21,730 nucleotides of DNA from Pseudomonadota bacterium. GTDB taxonomy: Bacteria > Myxococcota_A > Polyangia > JAAYKL01. The position numbers and the translations under genes were made by a program. Within the stretch, counting starts at the first letter, position 1. Every line of letters starts with the position of its first letter. Location of the stretch: assembly GCA_023229365.1 (NCBI GenBank), contig JALNZK010000002.1, forward strand, positions 318,343 through 340,072, given 5' to 3'. The notes under the pieces were generated by a model, which made no database searches, was not told the DNA's origin, and saw nothing but the letters and a program-made list of their open reading frames with translations. Below, piece by piece: positions 1-7,877 of the stretch.

Positions 1-223
1 TGCTCCGTTGTTTTGTATATTTGTTCGTCACACTTGGTGCATTTTATTTCTGATTCGCCATAACCAGCCGATGCCCCAGGCCAAAACCAACCCCGCTTTA
101 GTTTTGTGTAACACCTAACACATATTGGTTTGATGACTCCAGAATCCAGATAATAATAACAATCTCTTTGAATATTCATAAACCAAATCTCTATCTAATA
201 TTAGTAAGAAAAGGAAAAAATTT

Positions 224-553
224 ATGGCCTGTTCCAAAGTTAAAAACTTATCTCAACAAACCTTGTTGGGAATGACAGCCAATACTCCAACTGGAAACTT
301 TCTTAATAAAATACCACTATCACAATGGGAAGTATTCAGCTTTGATCCTAAAAGATATGAGGCTTGTGTGAAAGTCTATCGGGTTTTTAATCAGGCAGAG
401 ATTCAGGCATATGTTGATAATTTACGAACAGAATTAGCAATAACAACAGACCTTACTACCAAACTAGCACTTCAACAAGTAATATTAGAGCGGGAAAAAC
501 AACTAAATAATCCGCCTTTTAATATGATAACCGTGCCACTTGCCCCTCCATAA
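224..553 (+). CDS. hypothetical protein (109 aa)
   Basis: ORF with AGGA-type RBS ('aagaaaaggaaaaaattt' before the ATG). Protein-like composition. No recognisable motif. Confidence 0.45.
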   Translation: MACSKVKNLSQQTLLGMTANTPTGNFLNKIPLSQWEVFSFDPKRYEACVKVYRVFNQAEIQAYVDNLRTELAITTDLTTKLALQQVILEREKQLNNPPFNMITVPLAPP

Positions 554-600
554 ATTTTTGTTTAATTCACTATATACCATATTGAGAACTGGAGAAAATA

Positions 601-1104
601 ATGCGAACATTTACAGATTATGTCGAACAACAAAAATTAGATGCAATGTTTGAAAATGCCTTTAGACAACTTGCCATAGAAGCCGAACACAACTCACAAT
701 TAAACGATCTTTTGCTCGAACAAGGTTGGGGTGGTATGATACGAAATGCCGGGCAGGCTTTAAAACAATTTGGACAAACAGCATGGAGTGGACTTAAGGC
801 AGGAGCACAAGGTGCCTACAGTCAAATGACAGGACCATTGACACAATACCAGAATGCAATTGGTGCTCTTCAAAAAGCTTGGCAACAAATATCAAAAGAC
901 CCAAATTGGAGCAAATCAATGACTACTGGCGGCGGCGGCTTGCCAGCAATGAATTTGTCAACATGGCTACAGCAAACAATTGCAGAATTACAAAGTCAGT
1001 TAACACAGGTGCAGAACAAACAAGTGAATCCAGCCACTACTCAAACAAATGTGGCGGCAACAACAGCACAAGTAGGTCAAAATCAAAAGAATTTTGGTCC
1101 CTAA
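601..1104 (+). CDS. hypothetical Gln-rich protein (167 aa)
   Basis: GGAG RBS 8 nt upstream. Q/A/T-rich C-terminal half with a GGGG linker. The overlapping +ORF 879-1127 is an alternate-frame artefact. Confidence 0.5.
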   Translation: MRTFTDYVEQQKLDAMFENAFRQLAIEAEHNSQLNDLLLEQGWGGMIRNAGQALKQFGQTAWSGLKAGAQGAYSQMTGPLTQYQNAIGALQKAWQQISKDPNWSKSMTTGGGGLPAMNLSTWLQQTIAELQSQLTQVQNKQVNPATTQTNVAATTAQVGQNQKNFGP

Positions 1105-1439
1105 ATCCACCCAGTTTTAGTGGCTAATTTAATATCCTCAGTAGTAACTCTTCTTCCAAGCACTTCACTGACACTTTCAGTGAAGTGCTTTTCTATGTCT
1201 TTTTGGACTGCTCTAAAAAACATTGGCCCCATTTGTAGAGCTTCTGCTAAACTACTCATATCAACTGACCAGTCTAAAAACTCTCCATCTATGAAAATGG
1301 CTTTTTCTATATTGCCACCCTTGCCTTTTCGCATCATGACCTCAAAGCTTTTTTTTGGAGTGCCATCGGGCAAAAGTGGAGTGGGTGTTACTGGGGGTTC
1401 TTCAAAAGGATTGATAATTTCTGCCATAATATAATACAT
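1101..1439 (-). CDS. hypothetical protein (about 108-112 aa; likely start at Met5, coordinate 1427)
   Basis: Protein-like minus-strand ORF. The antisense +ORF 1120-1434 is S/L-rich noise. Stop codons overlap convergently with the 601-1104 gene. Confidence 0.45.
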   Translation of the reverse strand: MYYIMAEIINPFEEPPVTPTPLLPDGTPKKSFEVMMRKGKGGNIEKAIFIDGEFLDWSVDMSSLAEALQMGPMFFRAVQKDIEKHFTESVSEVLGRRVTTEDIKLATKTGWI

Positions 1440-1449
1440 AAGTAATAGT

Positions 1450-1965
1450 ATGGAATTTTCTAACTGGATTTTGCAAGAATCGAGCCTGAACGACCTTTAT
1501 CAAAGTGCCGTCGAAGCATTCCCCCGCACTACAAAAAGACAACATGCCACCCAACCAATCAAAATAGTGGAACTTACTTGGGTGCCATATAGGGGTGTAA
1601 AAACCCTGTTTGTCAAAGCAATGGCTCGTAATGAAGGTCGTGTCTACAATCCCATCATTGTTTTTAAGAAAGTTCATTATCTGGAATCTGGTGGTATTGC
1701 TCTAAAAGACAAAAATGGACAACGATACTTTGTAGAACAACTATCATTACAAAATAATGATGTTTTGGTCAGATGCCAGTGTGGTGATTTTTATTGGCGA
1801 GGAACACATTTTAATAAATTGGATCATTCGTTATATGGACCCGATAGGAAAAAATACGAAGCCAAACATAATCCTGGTTCTGCAAATCCTACTGAATCCC
1901 CTATTGTGTGTAAGCATTTGATGAAGATGATGGAAGTTTTACACAACTCAGGATTTGCTAAATAA
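1450..1965 (+). CDS. hypothetical protein with a SWIM-type zinc-finger-like C-x-C-x(n)-C-x-H motif (171 aa)
   Basis: Motif 'CQCGDFYWRG...(about 44 aa)...CKHL' near the C-terminus. The antisense ORF 1402-1677 is rejected. Confidence 0.5.
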   Translation: MEFSNWILQESSLNDLYQSAVEAFPRTTKRQHATQPIKIVELTWVPYRGVKTLFVKAMARNEGRVYNPIIVFKKVHYLESGGIALKDKNGQRYFVEQLSLQNNDVLVRCQCGDFYWRGTHFNKLDHSLYGPDRKKYEAKHNPGSANPTESPIVCKHLMKMMEVLHNSGFAK

Positions 1966-2143
1966 TTTTCGAGCCCTTGCTCATATTTGCTTTCTTTTCA
2001 AGCGGTTGCAAATTATCTAATTTCCAACACTCCAAAAATAATGGATCATTCATTGAGGTGTATGGAAAGTTGCTATGAGGCATTATATAGCAATTAAAAC
2101 AAGATTTTTTATGTAGATTTAATTATTATTTTGTTAACAAAAA

Positions 2144-2176
2144 AGCCAATGAGCCCCATAAAGGAACTCATTGGCT
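2144..2176. terminator. bidirectional rho-independent terminator between convergent genes
   Basis: aaaaAGCCAATGAG-ccccataaaggaa-CTCATTGGCTctt: a 10-bp stem flanked by an A-run on one side and T-rich sequence on the other. It lies between the end of the 1450-1965 (+) gene and the end of the 2203-2577 (-) gene. Confidence 0.6.
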
Positions 2177-2202
2177 CTTGAAAGGTTGTTACCTATTATT
2201 TG

Positions 2203-2577
2203 TTATACAGTGTGATGTAAATCTAATCCCCAACCTGTATTCACGACTATCCACTCAACCACATCACCCGGTGTCTCGGCATAGACAACGAATGAAGTAA
2301 AGTGACTAGACGTATCACTCTTGGTGGTCAGACTAGCATTATGTGTAGCAGCCCCTGCACCCCTTGCAGTTAATATAACTGCATAACTAGCAGCAGCCAA
2401 TGGTAGAGCGTCTGGAAAAGTCACTGTAGCTAAACCAGTTCCACCATCAGTTGTTACTATACCAGCAGCTACGATGTGCGGGCTATTTTGCGGAACATTA
2501 AAATTACGATTATTACCTGGACCTTTTAAATTGGAGGCAACGCCTTGTCCAACACCTGTTACACTTGCAGCACCCAT
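2203..2577 (-). CDS. small Gly/Ala-rich protein, paralog 1 of a tandem pair (124 aa); possible abundant or structural protein
   Basis: About 55-60% identical to the adjacent 2621-2989 product (MGA(A/S)SVTGVGQGVA-NLKGPGNNR-F-VPQ...THNAS..TK.DTSS.F..F..Y.E...D...W.V..TGWG.DLHHTV). Own RBS (AGGAAAAAAT ATG). Confidence 0.65.
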   Translation of the reverse strand: MGAASVTGVGQGVASNLKGPGNNRNFNVPQNSPHIVAAGIVTTDGGTGLATVTFPDALPLAAASYAVILTARGAGAATHNASLTTKSDTSSHFTSFVVYAETPGDVVEWIVVNTGWGLDLHHTV

Positions 2578-2620
2578 TATATTTTTTCCTTTTTGTTAGT
2601 TTGAGTAATTTATTGGCATA

Positions 2621-2989
2621 TTACACAGTGTGATGTAAATCAATGCCCCAACCTGTACGAATAACGACCCAATCGATCTCGTCAGTTGCACCCTCTGAGT
2701 AAATTGTGAAATAATCAAACTTACTAGAAGTGTCATGTTTAGTGACTACACTTGCATTGTGAGTAGCAGCCCCGGCCCCAAGAGCCGTTACTAAAACAAC
2801 ATAATTCGCAGCAGCCAAATCCAGAGCATCTGGAAAAGTAACTGTCAATGAATTAGCCGCAGCCGTTCCAACGCCAGCAGCTACAACATGCGGGCAAACC
2901 TGTGGAACACAAAAACTACGATTATTACCTGGGCCTTTTAAATTGGCGGCAACGCCTTGTCCAACACCTGTTACACTTGATGCACCCAT
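2621..2989 (-). CDS. small Gly/Ala-rich protein, paralog 2 of a tandem pair (122 aa)
   Basis: Paralog of 2203-2577. Perfect AAGGAGA RBS 7 nt before the ATG, suggesting high expression. Confidence 0.65.
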   Translation of the reverse strand: MGASSVTGVGQGVAANLKGPGNNRSFCVPQVCPHVVAAGVGTAAANSLTVTFPDALDLAAANYVVLVTALGAGAATHNASVVTKHDTSSKFDYFTIYSEGATDEIDWVVIRTGWGIDLHHTV

Positions 2990-3059
2990 TTTATTCTCCT
3001 TGTGGTTAAATACCCACGTTTTAGATACAATAGATACTCATGCCCTTTTAAATTTATGC

Positions 3060-3088
3060 CTCGTTTGGAAAAATTTTTTCCAAACGAG
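3060..3088. promoter_or_regulatory. 29-bp perfect palindrome in a divergent promoter region
   Basis: ctcgtttggaaaaa-t-tttttccaaacgag: 14-bp perfect arms around a single central T. It lies between the start of 2621-2989 (-) and the start of 3102-3635 (+). Candidate operator or regulator-binding site. Confidence 0.5.
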
Positions 3089-3101
3089 TATATAGGATAT
3101 T

Positions 3102-3635
3102 ATGGAACCAACAAAACGAGAATATCAGGTTATTTTGGGCACTATTATGGGCGGCTCATCAATCATCCGGCCTAAAAAGGGAAAGCATTGTTATTTGTCC
3201 ATGCGAGACAAAAGAGCCAATTGGCTAGAGTTCAAAGCAGATCAATTAGCTCGATACGCCTCGCCAGAGCCTTTTACGATTGAAAAAACAAATCGTTGGC
3301 ACTCTTTGGCATATCCTATTTTCGATGAATTTAGAGAAAAGTTTTATAATCACAAAAAACGTTGTGTCGATATCGAAAGCCTTACTTTCTGGGACGTGGG
3401 ATTGTCTATTTGGTTTGGAGATGTGGGCAAGTTCGAAAATGGACAAGTTATATTAAACACTCACATCTGGGGCGAAAAAGGATCAGAAACCCTGGCAAAA
3501 TATTTCGAATATTGTCAATGGCCTGCTGAAATATTTAAAGACCGCACCTATTACCGTTTACGATTGAACAGAGAGGCTTCTGTGCATTTTATGAATACGG
3601 TTAGCCCTCATTTGCCATTCCCATTGACTCAATAA
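3102..3635 (+). CDS. putative LAGLIDADG-family homing endonuclease (177 aa)
   Basis: Two LAGLIDADG-like dodecapeptides about 95 aa apart ('ILGTIMGGSSI' and 'LSIWFGDVGKF'). Size and the free-standing context fit a homing endonuclease. Assignment is from motifs only. Confidence 0.4.
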   Translation: MEPTKREYQVILGTIMGGSSIIRPKKGKHCYLSMRDKRANWLEFKADQLARYASPEPFTIEKTNRWHSLAYPIFDEFREKFYNHKKRCVDIESLTFWDVGLSIWFGDVGKFENGQVILNTHIWGEKGSETLAKYFEYCQWPAEIFKDRTYYRLRLNREASVHFMNTVSPHLPFPLTQ

Positions 3636-3671
3636 TTATTATTTGTTAAAATTGACTGTGGAGGATTACAA

Positions 3672-3956
3672 ATGATTAAATTTTTAAAACTAATTACCGG
3701 CGAAGACACATTGGCAGAAGTTACAGAAGAAACCGAATTGCATTATGTTTTAAAGAACCCAATGCGATTTATACCCACCGAACAGGGCATAGGTATAGCC
3801 CCCTTCGCAATGTTTGTGAAAAAGGGCTCTACAATCACAATTGATAAAGATAAGGTTATTTTTGCCGCCGATCCAGAAGATGAAATAGCCAATGTTTATA
3901 ATGAAAAATATGGCTCTGGGATCGTTGTGCCACCCTCAAGCATACAATTACCATGA
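3672..3956 (+). CDS. hypothetical protein (94 aa)
   Basis: GGAGGA RBS. ATGA overlap with the downstream NUDIX gene. Confidence 0.45.
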   Translation: MIKFLKLITGEDTLAEVTEETELHYVLKNPMRFIPTEQGIGIAPFAMFVKKGSTITIDKDKVIFAADPEDEIANVYNEKYGSGIVVPPSSIQLP

Positions 3957-4543
3957 CAATGCCACATTTAATGAATTGCCCACATTCACCTGATGGGTGG
4001 TGCCTTGATTGCGTCAGTAAACAAGGCAAGCTTTTGCTTGAAATTGACCAAGCCATACAAGACCCGGATAAATTTCTGGCGATGGTTGCTAATCGTGGCC
4101 GACCATTAATCGGCGTTTGCGTTTGCATTTGTCGTCGTGAACCATCCAGCGGCAAAGTTCTTTTGCACAAAAGAAAAGGAAAGCACGCTCCTGGCACATG
4201 GGCATTCCCTGGCGGGCATATGGAAAAATGGGAATCCTTTGAAGGAGTTGTTCGTAGAGAACTAGAAGAAGAAGCAGGGCCAGATATAGAAATTGATAAT
4301 TTGCAATTTTGGACTGTTGCCAATACTCGATTTCATGATGAAGACAAGCATTATGTTGTTCTTTTTATTATGGCTGATTGGGTATCTGGCGAGCCAAAGA
4401 TTATGGAGCCAGAAAAATGTGAATGCTGGGAATGGTTTGATTGGAATGATCTTCCTTCACCACTGATGATGGGGATACAAGATATTGTTGATCGTAAACT
4501 GAGCCCTTTTGACTATGGAGGCGAACACGAAACATTATGCTAG
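3953..4543 (+). CDS. NUDIX hydrolase with an N-terminal Cys/His-rich extension (196 aa)
   Basis: Canonical Nudix box G-x5-E-x7-R-E-U-x-E-E-x-G-U, read as 'GGHMEKWESFEGVVRRELEEEAGP'. N-terminal 'CPHSPDGWCLDC'. Confidence 0.85.
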   Translation: MTMPHLMNCPHSPDGWCLDCVSKQGKLLLEIDQAIQDPDKFLAMVANRGRPLIGVCVCICRREPSSGKVLLHKRKGKHAPGTWAFPGGHMEKWESFEGVVRRELEEEAGPDIEIDNLQFWTVANTRFHDEDKHYVVLFIMADWVSGEPKIMEPEKCECWEWFDWNDLPSPLMMGIQDIVDRKLSPFDYGGEHETLC

Positions 4544-5109
4544 AAGTAGAAGCTAAATTCATTGTGGATAGTTTTGATTTATTGGAAGCCAAATACCAAT
4601 TTGATGGCCCCGTGTTACAAAGAGATATATATTATCAGCATCCCTCTCGTGATTTTATGAAAACTGGAGAGTGGTTCCGTGTGCGAAGAATTTTTAAGGG
4701 CATTCCCTGTGCGGAAAACCTCGGGTGCGAAGAAATTCATCTGTGTCACAAAGGATCAAATCAAGGCTCATCTGATGTTAAAAGTCGCAGAGAGATAGAA
4801 TTTTCTGTGCCTATGGACATAATTGAACTTTTGCAAATCCTTGATTTTGCAGAATTGATACGAGTGGAAAAATACCGCCGATCAGCCGTGGTTACACCAA
4901 CTAACGATAGTGGCGAACCCACCTTTACCATAACATTAGATGAAGTTTTGGGATTGGGAAAATATGTAGAAATTGAAATGCTGGTTCTCAAAGAAGAATT
5001 TAAAGCAGGAGCAATTGAAGCCATTAATGACATAGCCAAAAAACTGGGACTCACCCAGCCAGAGAAACACGGATATGCTAAATTAATGCTGAAAAAAGAG
5101 AAAAAATGA
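4537..5109 (+). CDS. CYTH-domain protein (triphosphate tunnel metalloenzyme; CyaB/class IV adenylate cyclase or thiamine-triphosphatase-like) (190 aa)
   Basis: N-terminal 'MLEVEAKF' carries the CYTH E-x-E-x-K signature. Length and charged-residue pattern are typical of the fold. Overlaps the NUDIX stop. Confidence 0.55.
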   Translation: MLEVEAKFIVDSFDLLEAKYQFDGPVLQRDIYYQHPSRDFMKTGEWFRVRRIFKGIPCAENLGCEEIHLCHKGSNQGSSDVKSRREIEFSVPMDIIELLQILDFAELIRVEKYRRSAVVTPTNDSGEPTFTITLDEVLGLGKYVEIEMLVLKEEFKAGAIEAINDIAKKLGLTQPEKHGYAKLMLKKEKK

Positions 5110-5288
5110 TGCCTAATTACGAATATCAGTGCGATACTTGTGAACACAAGTTTGAAATATTTCAACACATGAATGATAAGCCCATTAAAATTTGCCCTAA
5201 GTGCGGCAAAAAAGTCCATCGATTGATTACTGGCGGAACTGGCTTTATTCTTAAAGGAACCGGCTGGACTCCAAAAGGAAATAAATGA
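5106..5288 (+). CDS. FmdB-family zinc-ribbon protein (60 aa)
   Basis: 'MPNYEYQCDTCEHKFE...ICPKCGKKV' is the characteristic FmdB/putative regulatory zinc ribbon with two CxxC pairs. ATGATG overlap with the upstream gene. Confidence 0.7.
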   Translation: MMPNYEYQCDTCEHKFEIFQHMNDKPIKICPKCGKKVHRLITGGTGFILKGTGWTPKGNK

Positions 5289-5539
5289 GCACTTATGTCC
5301 ATAACGCCATTGTTGAGAATGGCTTACAATCTGAGTTTGCTTATGGAGATAAGCTTGCGAAAAGACACGGATTTGAAGATGGACCGCTGCATCGACGCCG
5401 ACAAGGAACTATTGAGCAATTCGATGAGTGGATTGCCAATTGTTTAAAGGATGTTGAAGAAGGGAAAATGTGCCCTGTTAGAGCTAGAAAAATAATTGAA
5501 AGATGGTGGACACTTCGAGAAAAAAAGGCAAATAGATAA
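5285..5539 (+). CDS. hypothetical protein (84 aa)
   Basis: Translationally coupled (ATGA) to the zinc-ribbon gene. Confidence 0.45.
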   Translation: MSTYVHNAIVENGLQSEFAYGDKLAKRHGFEDGPLHRRRQGTIEQFDEWIANCLKDVEEGKMCPVRARKIIERWWTLREKKANR

Positions 5540-5628
5540 TGAAATGGGAAGCTTTTTGTGGTCATGAATTAGGCAAGTTTGACCAATACAAAGATGCTGT
5601 AAAAGCCATATTTGATGAATTGCTATAA
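5539..5628 (+). CDS. possible small protein (29 aa; MKWEAFCGHELGKFDQYKDAVKAIFDELL)
   Basis: TAATG stop-start overlap with the upstream gene. Below the ORF-track size cutoff. Confidence 0.25.
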   Translation: MKWEAFCGHELGKFDQYKDAVKAIFDELL

Positions 5629-5639
5629 AAGAAGGTCGC

Positions 5640-5765
5640 ATGAGTTATTTAATCTTGGAAACAGCGACTTGGGTTGTTTCTGATGGCCTGCCAATTATGT
5701 TTTATGAAATGCGAGACAATGCAATTGATCGTGGGTGGATCAATGAGAGTAAATGGTGTGGATAG
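5640..5765 (+). CDS. possible small protein (41 aa)
   Basis: AAGAAGG RBS 4 nt upstream of the ATG. Last ORF before the terminator. Confidence 0.3.
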   Translation: MSYLILETATWVVSDGLPIMFYEMRDNAIDRGWINESKWCG

Positions 5766-5851
5766 TGTGTAATTTAAAGAATGGTTATTGACCGAAAAGG
5801 CAGAACGCACCTTCCAAAGTGGAAAAGAATTTAAGTGGTCGATAGCTAAAC

Positions 5852-5887
5852 AAAAAAAGGCAGGGATTTTTCAATCCCTGCCTTTTT
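5852..5887. terminator. strong bidirectional rho-independent terminator
   Basis: aaaaaaaGGCAGGGATT-tttc-AATCCCTGCCttttt: a 10-bp GC-rich stem flanked by an A-run and a T-run. It lies between convergent transcription units. Confidence 0.75.
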
Positions 5888-5900
5888 AGCTTTTCCAGAA

Positions 5901-6422
5901 CTATCTATTTCGGAATTGCTGACACCAGAAGATTACTCCGCTGGCAGTACGAAAAGCCGCCACACCAATGCGTAGATGACCTGGGTTGAGAATGTTCGCC
6001 CTGTGACCTGACGAATTCATCCAACAATTGACCACATCACTACTGTGCGGTTGTCCCATTGCAATGTTTTCAGCAAGTGGGAGCCTCGTATGCACCATTG
6101 CCTGATTGCGAGTCATCCAGGCAGCGTGCCCTCTGGCGGTCTGCATCAAATCCTTGTCAACCTCGAAAGGCGGAAGACCATATCGTGCCCGCTCTTCGTT
6201 GGTGAATTTAATGATGTTGGCTTCAATTTCGGCAAGCTTCACACCATCAACCACCACTACTTTATCCGCAGCAGTCGGATAATTTGTTATTGCTTCCACT
6301 TCAGTGGTCTGTGCCGTCGTTGGGGCATTATAACTCTGCTGGCGACGACCTCTGCCTCTGGCTTCTGCCACTGAACAAACACACAACACAACAACAAACG
6401 CAAACAATAGATTCAACCTCAT
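5901..6422 (-). CDS. secreted CAP/SCP/PR-1-like (YkwD-like) domain protein (173 aa)
   Basis: N-terminal signal peptide (MRLNLLFAFVVVLCVCSVAEA). CAP-domain motifs 'HAAWM', 'GENIAMG', 'CWMNSSGHRANILNPGHLRIGVA'. AAGGAG RBS. Confidence 0.7.
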   Translation of the reverse strand: MRLNLLFAFVVVLCVCSVAEARGRGRRQQSYNAPTTAQTTEVEAITNYPTAADKVVVVDGVKLAEIEANIIKFTNEERARYGLPPFEVDKDLMQTARGHAAWMTRNQAMVHTRLPLAENIAMGQPHSSDVVNCWMNSSGHRANILNPGHLRIGVAAFRTASGVIFWCQQFRNR

Positions 6423-6461
6423 ACGATACTCCTTAGGGCTAGGGGTTGAAACACACAGAAT

Positions 6462-6478
6462 GTCCTCACCGTGAGGAC
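6462..6478 (-). promoter_or_regulatory. palindromic hairpin between the vWA and CAP genes
   Basis: GTCCTCA-ccg-TGAGGAC, followed on the minus strand by the U-rich 'ATTCTGTGTGTTTC'. Possible weak terminator, attenuator or processing/stability hairpin. Confidence 0.35.
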
Positions 6479-6484
6479 GAAATA

Positions 6485-7219
6485 TTAGCTATCGGTTTTG
6501 TGCAATGCATCGTATTCCGCCGATGTTGCTCGCAGAACGGCCCTGTTGTGAACTTCATCGGCATCACAAGAAGCAGAGGTTCTCGATTCGTAATCGGCAT
6601 AGGCTTTGCTTCCAGCCGCCGCAAAAGCCATAGCTTCCATCGTTCTTGCCGATTTGCCGCCTGTGAACTCATTCAACAGCATTAGTTTGGTATCGGCAGC
6701 TTGAGCCACATTAGCCCAGAATTTGCTTCCGCTATTCAGGCATTGCAACGGGAAAACACGGACACCCATTTCTTTGAGGGCAGCCAATTCTTGTCTCCAA
6801 TTCAGCTTGCCTTCATTCTGCGGATAATTAACATCGTGGGGATCAGCATCACCAATCATGACGAAAGCCGCCGCCACACCGGGGGTCCAACCCAAATCCC
6901 TGGCTTCGTGCAAAACCAATTCATAACATTCATCGCAATCGCCACCCGATGTGTCAGGTGCATTGCGAATAAAGTCGAAGATTTTTGCACGATCATTCGT
7001 GAGCTTTAGCACACGGATGCAGTTTTGTCCATCGCAATAATCCCCGTGAGAAATAAATGCCATTTTCAAGCCGGGAATATTTGCAAATAAACCCTCACAG
7101 GTTTCTTCCAGATGTTTGCGAACATCAGCGATACACGGTCGCATGGAACCTGTGGTGTCAAAACTTATGCCAATTTCCGTAGCGTCATCAATTCTTTCGC
7201 CAAGTGTTTGTTCCGCCAT
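6485..7219 (-). CDS. vWA (von Willebrand factor A) domain protein with a MIDAS motif (244 aa; start taken at the internal Met)
   Basis: 'ISFDTTGSM' is a D-x-T-x-S MIDAS site. Downstream Thr/Asp positions ('PDTSGGD', 'MIGDADPHD') are also present. RBS AAGAGGAAAAA precedes the ATG at 7219. The longer ORF to 7315 would overlap the E1 gene. Confidence 0.75.
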   Translation of the reverse strand: MAEQTLGERIDDATEIGISFDTTGSMRPCIADVRKHLEETCEGLFANIPGLKMAFISHGDYCDGQNCIRVLKLTNDRAKIFDFIRNAPDTSGGDCDECYELVLHEARDLGWTPGVAAAFVMIGDADPHDVNYPQNEGKLNWRQELAALKEMGVRVFPLQCLNSGSKFWANVAQAADTKLMLLNEFTGGKSARTMEAMAFAAAGSKAYADYESRTSASCDADEVHNRAVLRATSAEYDALHKTDS

Positions 7220-7232
7220 TTTTTCCTCTTTT

Positions 7233-7877
7233 CTAGTGCATTGCACTAATGTGTAAGTCACGCAGGGTAATGGACCATGATTGATGCCGTGGCGATGATG
7301 CCAAGAAGAAATCAAGGATTTCCTCTGAGGCTGCCGCTACTGTCAACATGATGATGTTACGAGCCAAGGGATAGTCGCAAACGTCGCCACCGCTGTCCTT
7401 TGGCACCTTGTAGCGATCATCCCATACAACCTCGCCATAATCTTCAAATAATCCAGTGTGCAGACATGGAATCTTCTTTGCCCGGCAATGGGTTTGAACA
7501 ATTTGCCGTGCAGCATTATTATCAAAACAATCCAACACCAATGCTGAGCCACGCAGCATTTTATCCACGGTAGCGGCGGTCAATTCCTTGTCCACGGTGT
7601 CAATTTCAACACCAATGTTGCCAAACACCTTCTGTTTGGCGGCGGCAACTTTCAAAGCTCCAACATCCCGCTCATTCCAAAACTGGGTGTTTAGATTATG
7701 AGTATCGACACGATCTTTGTCAATACCACGGAGATTGGCAAATCCTTGTCGAGAAAGATTGTCAAGCAAATTGCTACCCAGGGCTCCTACACCACAAATG
7801 GTGATTAGACCTTGCAATTTCTTGGCATAATCCTTGCCTCGGTAAATTTCTTCATGATGGAATTTATTCGTTGCCAT
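7233..7877 (-). CDS. minimal E1-like adenylyltransferase (ThiF/MoeB/HesA superfamily) (214 aa)
   Basis: Rossmann GxGxxG 'ICGVGALGSNL' and 'GIDKDRVDTHNLNTQF', corresponding to the D-x-D-x-V-x(2)-SNLNRQ motif. Also 'ALKVAAAKQKV' and 'LDCFDNNAARQIV'. Cys residues in the C-terminal part. GGAGGA RBS. Confidence 0.8.
   Translation of the reverse strand: MATNKFHHEEIYRGKDYAKKLQGLITICGVGALGSNLLDNLSRQGFANLRGIDKDRVDTHNLNTQFWNERDVGALKVAAAKQKVFGNIGVEIDTVDKELTAATVDKMLRGSALVLDCFDNNAARQIVQTHCRAKKIPCLHTGLFEDYGEVVWDDRYKVPKDSGGDVCDYPLARNIIMLTVAAASEEILDFFLASSPRHQSWSITLRDLHISAMH

Noticed and set aside
1-223. Window start: looked for a truncated upstream gene, promoter or RNA
   Set aside because: No ORF of 60 aa or more and no convincing -35/-10 pair. 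Only weak AT-rich candidates.
879-1127. +ORF (82 aa) in an alternate frame inside the 601-1104 gene
   Set aside because: Overlaps a better protein-like ORF on the same strand. Low-complexity product with no RBS.
1120-1434. +ORF (104 aa) antisense to the 1101-1439 gene
   Set aside because: S/L/I-rich product typical of an antisense frame. The opposite-strand ORF is more protein-like.
1402-1677. -ORF (91 aa) antisense to the SWIM-motif gene
   Set aside because: Lies within and antisense to the longer, motif-bearing +ORF 1450-1965.
3246-5641. Minus-strand ORFs 3246-3446, 3856-4323, 4401-4592, 4761-5219, 5341-5565 and 5444-5641
   Set aside because: All are antisense to the tightly coupled plus-strand operon (LAGLIDADG-like, NUDIX, CYTH, zinc ribbon). 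They are hydrophobic, low-complexity translations with no RBS.
6045-7552. ORFs 6045-6374(+), 6446-6685(+), 6466-6672(-), 6701-7009(+) and 7343-7552(-)
   Set aside because: Antisense or alternate-frame relative to the CAP, vWA and E1 genes, which carry clear domain motifs.
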